64,000 nucleotides of DNA from Pseudomonadota bacterium. GTDB taxonomy: Bacteria; UBA10199; 2-02-FULL-44-16; JBDRGF01. A program made the position numbers and the translations under genes. Of this stretch, positions 52,156 to 60,169 are shown piece by piece. Below the pieces are notes generated by a model, which saw nothing but the letters and a program-made list of their open reading frames with translations, was not told where the DNA came from and ran no database searches. The stretch is from NCBI GenBank assembly GCA_043818055.1, contig JBDRGF010000033.1, forward strand, positions 1 through 64,000, written 5' to 3'. Numbering within the stretch: the stretch's first letter is position 1; each line of letters starts with the position of its first letter.

Positions 52156-53262
52156 TTAATATAAATGTGGATAAAAAATTAATGTTGGCAAATACCCATC
52201 ATGTATCGAAATCCGATTTGAAACATTCATGTCCTTTAACTCTGGTAATTCAGAAAGATCTACGTTGCTATTTTCACGAAACGGACAGTAAGGATCCCTT
52301 TCGGATAACGCGTTATAATAAAGTATTCTTCGATCCTTGACCCCTCCTTTACACGTTGTCTCAAATTCACACTCCTTGCACAATGCAGGCTTTACAGTTT
52401 CACGCAGTAATGCAAATTGCTGCCTCTCTCCAATTCGATCAAGAATCTGATTTTCAAGAATACTACCAGCTATCCAATCCCTTCCGACCAAATAGGTTGA
52501 CGGCGTGATATCGCCGGTTGGCAAAATTCTTAAACTTGAAACACCAGACATATCATCAGAAATTCGAGATTGTTTAAAAATACTTGAAAAGAGAGGATCT
52601 GAAAGTACAGCAACTTTGTAACGTTTCATTATCCATGAAAGAGCTTTATAGACTGTCTTTGAAGAAGGGGGAGATAACCGATTATTCGTAGGACGAAATA
52701 GATTAATGCGCACCATGGCATTGTGCTGTGATGCTACATCAAAAATCCCTTTTAAATTTTCTTTGGTGAGGGTATCCTCAATTCCAATCATTACTATCGT
52801 GCTTTTAATATTAGCTTGTGTGCAAAAATCTAAAGTTCCAATCGCCCACTCAAAAGCGCTTTCATGTCCTCTTATTTTATTGTGTTTGTTTGGATTTGAG
52901 TAGTCAAGAGATACATCAATTTCATTTATACATCTGCTCACTAGATTTTGATAGAATGAGTCATTTTTCACGACTTCAAACAAATAACCATTTGTTGTAA
53001 GTGCCTGTAATATATTAGGAAAATACTTACGCGCATAATCAATTAAATCGAACCAAATTGGAGTTAGAGCATTTTCTCCTGTGCCGTAGTTTATTGAATC
53101 AATATAATTGTGATTATTAGAAATAAAATTTCGTAATGTATCTAAATTAAGAGTATCCTTACCTTCTCGCGCATCAATGCTGTAACAAAATGAACATCTC
53201 ATGTTACATGCTTTTGTGATTCCCCATCCAATTTGCCATTTAGTTCCCAACTGACAATTCAT
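52156..53262 (-). CDS. Radical SAM enzyme with degenerate SPASM domain
   Basis: CNMRCSFC, GTGEN, GDITPS, CKECEFETTCKGGV, DPYCP. Confidence 0.9.
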   Translation of the reverse strand: MNCQLGTKWQIGWGITKACNMRCSFCYSIDAREGKDTLNLDTLRNFISNNHNYIDSINYGTGENALTPIWFDLIDYARKYFPNILQALTTNGYLFEVVKNDSFYQNLVSRCINEIDVSLDYSNPNKHNKIRGHESAFEWAIGTLDFCTQANIKSTIVMIGIEDTLTKENLKGIFDVASQHNAMVRINLFRPTNNRLSPPSSKTVYKALSWIMKRYKVAVLSDPLFSSIFKQSRISDDMSGVSSLRILPTGDITPSTYLVGRDWIAGSILENQILDRIGERQQFALLRETVKPALCKECEFETTCKGGVKDRRILYYNALSERDPYCPFRENSNVDLSELPELKDMNVSNRISIHDGYLPTLIFYPHLY

Positions 53263-53318
53263 AATTACTTACCCCAAATATTATTTTGTAACAGATAAAT
53301 CAATCAACCTTAAACACT

Positions 53319-53334
53319 CGCAAAAATTATGCCA
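53319..53334 (-). promoter_or_regulatory. sigma54 (-24/-12) promoter upstream of the radical SAM operon
   Basis: Minus strand TGGCATAATTTTTGCG, GG-N10-GC spacing, 56 nt before the ATG at 53262. Confidence 0.7.
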
Positions 53335-53407
53335 AAATGGTAAAAAACATAACCATTTGAAATTATACTTGTTTTTTTTAAAAATCGTTAATAACAATTA
53401 ATTATTT

Positions 53408-53445
53408 GTCCAAAAAATCGGACTCGAGAGTCCAGAAAATCAGAC
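53408..53445. promoter_or_regulatory. Tandem palindromic sites, candidate upstream activator sequences for a sigma54 activator
   Basis: gtccaaaaaatcggac (53408-53423) and gtccagaaaatcagac (53430-53445), 22-bp period. Confidence 0.55.
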
Positions 53446-53499
53446 ACTCCAGATCGAACGGTTATATCAAAGGATGGATTTTAATAAAAAATTAAACAA

Positions 53500-55008
53500 T
53501 TATATTTTCTTCCATTCTGTCTTTTGAGAAGTATCTCTAATCTCAATTCCTAAGTCTCGTAACATGTTGCGAATTCGATCCGCTTGTTTGAAGTTCTTTG
53601 TTTTGCGAGCTTCATTTCTCTCTGAAATGAGATTTTCAATTTTTCGGATGAAATTAGCATCCACCTCTTCGACTCCATAGTCAAAAATAACGCCTAGAAT
53701 GGAATCAAAAACTTTTAAAACCTGTAAACAAGTTTTAGCTTGTTCTTTTGAAAGCATACCAACTGAATTTATTTTTGTCACAAAATTAAAAACGTACGCC
53801 AAACTCCCTGATATATTTAAATTATCATTTAAAGAATCGACAAACCCAGTTTGTGCTTCACAGCAGATCTTAGAAATATTAACCTCAACATCCTCATGGA
53901 TCGAACCCTTCTCGTATGCAAGCAACTTGTCCCTCAATTCCACCAAACGGTTAATGTTGCTTTTCGCTTGGCCTAGCGAAGTTAATGTAAAATTCATAGT
54001 TTGAGCATAATGCGTTGTCATGAGTGCCCACCTGATTGCAAGAGGATGATGTCCCATATTGATTAGATCTCGAATTGTATAAAAATTACCCTTTGACTTA
54101 CTCATCTTTTCGCCATCCACAAGCAAGAACTTCGCGTGTATCCAGTAATTGACGAAAGGTGCACCATTAGCACACATGGATTGAGCTATTTCGCATTCAT
54201 GATGCGGAAACTTATTATCCTCTCCACCAGTATGAATATCGATCGTATCGCCTAGCAATTCCTTTATCATAGCCGAACATTCTATGTGCCAGCCTGGAAA
54301 ACCGACACCCAACTCAGTCTCCCACTTCATAATATGCGTGTCGTCCTTCTTCCAAAGTGCGAAATCATAAGGATTTCTTTTAATGGCGGACTTAATTTCA
54401 TCTATGCGCCCGCCAGCTCCCGTCTTTAAAGATTCCATGGTATTATTTGACAAACGACCGTATTCCTTAAATGAAGAAATATCAAAATAATATGCGCCAT
54501 CAGATGCCTTATACGCATAGCCCTTGTCGATAAGAGCTTTAATCATCTTAACCATTGTATCGATATGTTCAGTCGCTCTTGGAAAACTCATCGGCTTTTT
54601 AAGATTGAGGGCATTAAAATCTTCCTTGAATGCTTTGATATAAAAGTCAGCAACATCCCATGGAGACTTAAAATCAAGATCCTTATATCCCTCCTTGCGA
54701 CCAGCTTTTTTCGATTTCAGCTGATTTACAGCGAGAGTCATTTTATCCTCTCCGCCACCTTCAGGGAAATCATCGTTAGTCATGTGACCTACATCGGTTA
54801 TATTCATAACTTGCTGCACTTCATATCCGTTTTGCTCCAAAACTCTCCGAAGCAAATCAGCCATAAGAAAGGTTCTAAAATTACCGATGTGAGCATAGTC
54901 ATAGACTGTAGGACCACAATTATACATCTTAACAATAGGATGACTGATAGCTCTGAATGGAGTTAGGCTGTTTGTGAAACTATTATATAATGTCAGTTCC
55001 TTAGTCAT
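53500..55008 (-). CDS. cysS: Cysteine--tRNA ligase (full length, island-encoded)
   Basis: CGPTVY..AHIGN, DFALWK, PGWHIECS, HTGGED..FPHHE, KMSKS, K.F..AD.IR. Confidence 0.95.
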   Translation of the reverse strand: MTKELTLYNSFTNSLTPFRAISHPIVKMYNCGPTVYDYAHIGNFRTFLMADLLRRVLEQNGYEVQQVMNITDVGHMTNDDFPEGGGEDKMTLAVNQLKSKKAGRKEGYKDLDFKSPWDVADFYIKAFKEDFNALNLKKPMSFPRATEHIDTMVKMIKALIDKGYAYKASDGAYYFDISSFKEYGRLSNNTMESLKTGAGGRIDEIKSAIKRNPYDFALWKKDDTHIMKWETELGVGFPGWHIECSAMIKELLGDTIDIHTGGEDNKFPHHECEIAQSMCANGAPFVNYWIHAKFLLVDGEKMSKSKGNFYTIRDLINMGHHPLAIRWALMTTHYAQTMNFTLTSLGQAKSNINRLVELRDKLLAYEKGSIHEDVEVNISKICCEAQTGFVDSLNDNLNISGSLAYVFNFVTKINSVGMLSKEQAKTCLQVLKVFDSILGVIFDYGVEEVDANFIRKIENLISERNEARKTKNFKQADRIRNMLRDLGIEIRDTSQKTEWKKI

Positions 55009-55145
55009 AGTGTTTTAATAACTATAATGAAGTCCATGTGATTGTCTATATCAAAAATTTGTTTTTTATATGGTGGCTTGACAGAAAATAGAGAAACTGT
55101 CACTAATAAGCGCATATCCTTATTGGAAAGGGTTTTTAAAAAACT

Positions 55146-56324
55146 ATGAATTTTATATACACATTTTTGAAACCAGCTCAAAGCAATTTTGAATTGTTGA
55201 AGAAATGGAGTACCATTTCGATTTACAATCCAGAAAATCCCGTAGTAGTTAAAATCACAGTTCCTTTAGGCGAAGTCTTTCAGAAGAATCAATTTGTTTT
55301 AATTGGGAATTCTCTCACAGGAGAGTATAAAAAAGCGATTAGTTCAGCTGCTATCAAGGGATACGAACTGTTACGAAACTCAGCTGAACAAGCGATCAAG
55401 CTTAAAACTCACACAGAAGTTTCGGATCCACACGGACAAATTGTAAAAACCTTTGATGAAGCCGCCAAACTCATTATGGAGCAATTGACACTTTTAGAAA
55501 AAACGGAATCCACAGATGCATTTCAAATTATAATTCCGCTTCAATTAGATACTTCTATTCAATTTAAAAACATGACAAGTCTACAGATCAAAAAAATGCT
55601 AGAGGCTGGCTGGAAAAGTGTAATTGTGCCAAGTGGTGCAATTGAACAACATGGCCCCCACTTGCCAATGAACACTGATATCTATTTAGCAACGGTGCTT
55701 TCAAATTTAATAGCTCAGGAATTAGGAATGATGTTAGTCTCATATGGAATTGCTCCCGGATGCTCTGACAATCATCTTCCTTTTGCCGGCACGCTATCGT
55801 TGGACCAAGATACATTCAAATCTGTACTAAAGAGGATGACTCGCAATTTGATCTCTCATGGTTTCAAAGAAATCATACACTTTCCTTTCCATGGAGGTAA
55901 TTTTAATCCAACTCAAGAAGCAATTAGAGAGCTGAGAGCCGAATTTGAAACACAAAAAATCAAAATTATAGGCCCAAAACAAGGCAGTATGGACAAGAAA
56001 GACTTTTTTAATACCCTAGAATCTGCTTTGCATATACACTTTCCTGACAAACCTGATGACTGGCACGCAGGTTGTATTGAAACATCGATGATGCTATATG
56101 CTGATCCTTTTCTTGTAAGAAAGGAATTGGTCGAAGTTGGTTACACTGGAAAACCAATCCCGTCTGAAATTGTGAACCGAGAAGGTCTTAATAAGTATAC
56201 GGCTAACGGCATTTGGGGGGATCCAGTTGGATATAGCATAGAATTAGGTGCTTTAATCTTTCGAAAACTGATTGCCAGAGCTATCCAACATATAGAATCT
56301 GAAAGAAACAAAAACGTTACCTAG
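55146..56324 (+). CDS. Creatininase-family amidohydrolase with ~135-aa unknown N-terminal domain
   Basis: GAIEQHGPHLP..TD, S.NH..FAGTLSL, HGGN, DWHAG..ETS, NGIWGDP. Confidence 0.9.
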   Translation: MNFIYTFLKPAQSNFELLKKWSTISIYNPENPVVVKITVPLGEVFQKNQFVLIGNSLTGEYKKAISSAAIKGYELLRNSAEQAIKLKTHTEVSDPHGQIVKTFDEAAKLIMEQLTLLEKTESTDAFQIIIPLQLDTSIQFKNMTSLQIKKMLEAGWKSVIVPSGAIEQHGPHLPMNTDIYLATVLSNLIAQELGMMLVSYGIAPGCSDNHLPFAGTLSLDQDTFKSVLKRMTRNLISHGFKEIIHFPFHGGNFNPTQEAIRELRAEFETQKIKIIGPKQGSMDKKDFFNTLESALHIHFPDKPDDWHAGCIETSMMLYADPFLVRKELVEVGYTGKPIPSEIVNREGLNKYTANGIWGDPVGYSIELGALIFRKLIARAIQHIESERNKNVT

Positions 56325-56370
56325 TTACAAGCTATAACTTTTTTTTAAATTTAGCTAAGTTGAATATATC

Positions 56371-57639
56371 ATGATAAAGAAACTGTTATCGATTCCCACC
56401 TTATATAAAAAAGCTCCAAAGGAAATATACATTCTCGCTTTGTCTAGAATAATTAACAGCTCAGGCAATTTTGTTTATCCCTTTCTAGCCCTCTTTATTA
56501 CACAAAAATTACAGCTATCTGCGAAAACAGCGGGAACGGCTGTTCTTCTTGTTTCAATTGCTTCGATTCTTGGCACATTAGTTGGTGGGAAACTAACGGA
56601 TCATAGTCGGCTTGGTCGGAAAAAAATTATGATTATCGCACAATTCTTTTGTGCCATAAACTTAATTCTGTGTACTCAGTTCGCCCATTCATACATAATT
56701 TTATTCTTTATTTTTATTTCACATTTTTTCCATGGAATCTTTAGCCCAGCAAATAAAGCAATGGCAATAGACTTGACGGATAAAAACAATAGGTATCCTT
56801 CATTCTCCTTAATTTATTTGGGACATAATATAGGCTGTTCTATAGGACCTCTTTTAGCTGGTTTTCTATTTAAAAATTATATCATGTGGTTATTTATTGG
56901 AGACGCACTAACTACACTTATTTCAGCTTTAATCATTGCAATATTTCTACATGAAACGCGTCCATCAAACGAGAAGATAGAGTCGAGCTACACAAAACAA
57001 TCACAGGAACGAGCCGAACAAGGCAATGTCTTTGTCAGTTTATTTAAAAGACCCAACCTCTTGTTTTTTGTTGTATTACTTATCATTCTACAAATTGTTT
57101 ATTCTCAGCGACATTTTTCACTTCCATTGCAGTTAAATCTCATTTATGGAAATACTGAAGGTCCAATTCTTTTTGGAACTATGATGACAATAAATTCATT
57201 GTTTGTGATCGCTTTTACTACCATAATCACTTCATTCACAAACAAGTTCAATCCTCTTATAAATGAATCTATCGCTAGCATATTTTATGCTCTGGGATTC
57301 GGAATGATCATTTTCACCCACTCTATTCCGTTCTTCATAATTTCTACATCTCTATGGACAATTGGTGAAATTCTATATTCCACCAATTCTTCTGTTTATA
57401 TCGCTAACCACACTCCTATTTCACATAGAGGAAGATTTAATGCGATTATACCCTTAGCAATGTATGTTGGATATGGACTTGGTCCATTATTAATGGGAAA
57501 AGTTATCGAATTACATAATCTCCAATATGTATGGATATCAACTTTTCTCCTAGCATCATTCGCAGCTTTTGCATTATGGACATTGCACATCTTAGAAAAA
57601 ACAAAACTGCAAACTGTGTTTAATAATGTTTCCAATTGA
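56371..57639 (+). CDS. MFS transporter (efflux-like)
   Basis: About 12 hydrophobic segments; GGKLTD...GRKK motif A. Confidence 0.9.
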   Translation: MIKKLLSIPTLYKKAPKEIYILALSRIINSSGNFVYPFLALFITQKLQLSAKTAGTAVLLVSIASILGTLVGGKLTDHSRLGRKKIMIIAQFFCAINLILCTQFAHSYIILFFIFISHFFHGIFSPANKAMAIDLTDKNNRYPSFSLIYLGHNIGCSIGPLLAGFLFKNYIMWLFIGDALTTLISALIIAIFLHETRPSNEKIESSYTKQSQERAEQGNVFVSLFKRPNLLFFVVLLIILQIVYSQRHFSLPLQLNLIYGNTEGPILFGTMMTINSLFVIAFTTIITSFTNKFNPLINESIASIFYALGFGMIIFTHSIPFFIISTSLWTIGEILYSTNSSVYIANHTPISHRGRFNAIIPLAMYVGYGLGPLLMGKVIELHNLQYVWISTFLLASFAAFALWTLHILEKTKLQTVFNNVSN

Positions 57640-57682
57640 GAATGCAATTTTGCGATAATCTTTTAGAAAGAGTGAATTTTGT

Positions 57683-58879
57683 ATGAAAGAAAATATACTA
57701 ATTTTGAATAACGCCAGATATGAGCACTACTATAAGAATAAAAAACCAATTATTGACTATAATCGTTACAACGTTTTTTTTATAACAAAAAAAGAATACG
57801 CTGCTGAAATTCCAGATAATGATTACTCAGAACTTCACTCCATCAATATGAGTGACAGCGACGCTGTATTCGAATTAGCAAGAAATATTCATTTAAGGTA
57901 TTTTATCAATCGTGTCATTGCACTATCCGAAAGTAACATTTTGGATGCAGCACGAATTAGAGAATTTTGTGGGTGTAAAGGAATGCCATTTAACCAAGTG
58001 CTAATATTAAGAGATAAATGTTTAATGAAAGAATACCTCAGTGGTAAAGGAATTAACGTCCCTGCATTTAAAAAATTATACTCAACTCAGAATGCCATAG
58101 AGTTTTACCAATTATATGGTAGAGTTGTGATCAAACCTGCGTTAGGAATGGGATCAAAGAATACCTACATTATTGATACAGAGACTAAGTTCAACTTAGC
58201 GTTAAAATGTATTAATAATAGCATTCTTGATTACGAAATTGAGGAATTTGTTGATGGAGATATGTATCATTGCGATTCCATCATAGTGGATGGACATGTT
58301 AAACTATGTAGCGTTAGTAAATATCTTGATTCCACATGCGGTTATTTAGAGAGTCAACCACTTGCATCAGTTATGGAAGATGACGAAAACATCTGCTCTA
58401 GGTTACAGACTTTTAACAGCATGATTCTTAAAGCTTTCGGCATCAAAAATGATGTTACACATCTTGAGGTCTTCTATAAGGATTCTAATATCGTATTTTG
58501 TGAAATTGCAATAAGAACAGGAGGGGGAGGAATTATTGATTCAGTTGAGCAGAAATATTCAATCAATCTCATGGAAACCCATCTCAAACTCCAACTTTCA
58601 CAATGTGAAAAATTACAACTATGTAGCAGAGATCTTTACAGTGGATTTGTTATGTTTTATGCGAAACCAGGGATAGTAGTCAATATTACACCGGCCGATA
58701 AATTTAATCAGGAATGGATATCTAAATTTAAAGTCTACATCAAAAAAGGCGATCGAGTCATTTTACCAAAATATAATGGAAAACCAGCCGCCATAGTAAT
58801 CATCGTTGGAAAGACGAAAGACGATTTGATCAATAAAGTTGAATGGGTAAAAAGCAATTTCAGAATTAGCTACATTTAA
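57683..58879 (+). CDS. ATP-grasp ligase
   Basis: RDK..MK, VVIKP..GMGS, IEEFVDG..YHCDS, THLEVF, CEIAIR.GGG. Confidence 0.9.
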   Translation: MKENILILNNARYEHYYKNKKPIIDYNRYNVFFITKKEYAAEIPDNDYSELHSINMSDSDAVFELARNIHLRYFINRVIALSESNILDAARIREFCGCKGMPFNQVLILRDKCLMKEYLSGKGINVPAFKKLYSTQNAIEFYQLYGRVVIKPALGMGSKNTYIIDTETKFNLALKCINNSILDYEIEEFVDGDMYHCDSIIVDGHVKLCSVSKYLDSTCGYLESQPLASVMEDDENICSRLQTFNSMILKAFGIKNDVTHLEVFYKDSNIVFCEIAIRTGGGGIIDSVEQKYSINLMETHLKLQLSQCEKLQLCSRDLYSGFVMFYAKPGIVVNITPADKFNQEWISKFKVYIKKGDRVILPKYNGKPAAIVIIVGKTKDDLINKVEWVKSNFRISYI

Positions 58880-59017
58880 AAACATTTATTTGTTCTTTCA
58901 CCACTAGTACCGAATAAATTAAAAACAAGCGCTGTTTGAATCGATGACGGTGTGATATTCTGATGCTTGAAGCGGCGTTTAAAATCATAAGATTTCAATG
59001 TCAAATATTACCACTCA

Positions 59018-60058
59018 TCACCCCACCAGTTCAATTCTTTCACCCTCTGTCAACTCACCAAATGAATTTATCGCATGTTCAGCAAGCCCCATTTTTCTAG
59101 CAACTCTGATATATTCTTCCACATTTGAAGGATCGACTGCGACAAGCAATCCACCCGATGTCTGCGGGTCGGCTAAAATCTTTTGATTCTCCCCTGTGAG
59201 ACCTTCGACATGATGGCCATAGCTCCTAACATTTCGAAATGTTCCTCCGGGACAGCACTCTTTGTCGAGATAGTATTCAACTTCTTTAAGCAGAGGGACA
59301 TCATCAACTCTAATTACAGCTTTGAGCTTCGATCCTTGAGCCATTTCAAGGAGATGTCCCAAGAGTCCAAACCCGGTGACGTCGGTCATCGCGTGCACAC
59401 ATGATAGCTTTCCAAAGGCCTCACCTGCGCGATTCAATGCTGTCATTATCTCTACCGCTTTTCCTTCATCTGTCGGCTTTAGCACTCCGTGTTTTTGGGC
59501 GCTCGTGAGGATGCCTATACCAAGCGGCTTTGTGAGAAATAAAAGGTCCCCTGCCTTTGCGCCGTCATTTCTTTTTATATGGGCCTTTTTTATGGTGCCG
59601 TTCACGGCCAATCCAAATATCGGCTCAGGTGAATCAATGCTGTGTCCGCCGGCCAGCGGAATGTTCGCATCTTTGCAGACTTCGCTAGCCCCCCTCATCA
59701 CCTCCCTTGCAACATCGGGTGATAATTTATCTATCGGCCAGCCCAGGATCGATATCGCAAGGATCGGAGTCCCTCCCATCGCATACACGTCGCTGATCGA
59801 ATTCGTTGCAGCTACCCTGCCGAAATCGTATGGATCATCGACGATCGGCATGAAGAAATCGGTCGTACTGATCAGCGCCTCTCCGTTCCCCAGATCGACA
59901 ACGGCGGCATCATCCTTGCTCTCGTTGCCAACGATGAGATTTGGGAATTTCGTGTTGTTTTTCCCCTCTAAGATCTTCTCCAGCACATCAGGCGCGATCT
60001 TGCACCCGCACCCTGCCCCGTGGCTGTATTGTGTCAGTCGAACATTTTTTTTATCCAT
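59018..60058 (-). CDS. selD: Selenide, water dikinase (Cys-type)
   Basis: [40 protein letters not shown]; start placed at ATG 60058. Confidence 0.96.
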   Translation of the reverse strand: MDKKNVRLTQYSHGAGCGCKIAPDVLEKILEGKNNTKFPNLIVGNESKDDAAVVDLGNGEALISTTDFFMPIVDDPYDFGRVAATNSISDVYAMGGTPILAISILGWPIDKLSPDVAREVMRGASEVCKDANIPLAGGHSIDSPEPIFGLAVNGTIKKAHIKRNDGAKAGDLLFLTKPLGIGILTSAQKHGVLKPTDEGKAVEIMTALNRAGEAFGKLSCVHAMTDVTGFGLLGHLLEMAQGSKLKAVIRVDDVPLLKEVEYYLDKECCPGGTFRNVRSYGHHVEGLTGENQKILADPQTSGGLLVAVDPSNVEEYIRVARKMGLAEHAINSFGELTEGERIELVG

Positions 60059-60169
60059 AACGTTTTCTACCTTTTTTCTCAAGACTGTTCGAAAATGCTG
60101 AGGGAGTTCACCCGCCTCAACTTCCCCGTTATGCAACGGGAGAAGCCTTGTCAAGAGAAGTGATTCTGA

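Noticed and set aside
50042..56324. Mycofactocin-like RiPP (rSAM/SPASM + creatininase)
   Set aside because: No MftA-like precursor, no RRE/MftB; only a 9-codon ORF seen upstream of the operon. A precursor encoded elsewhere cannot be excluded
60000..60030. Selenocysteine recoding in selD
   Set aside because: Active site reads GAGCGCK with Cys codons; no in-frame UGA
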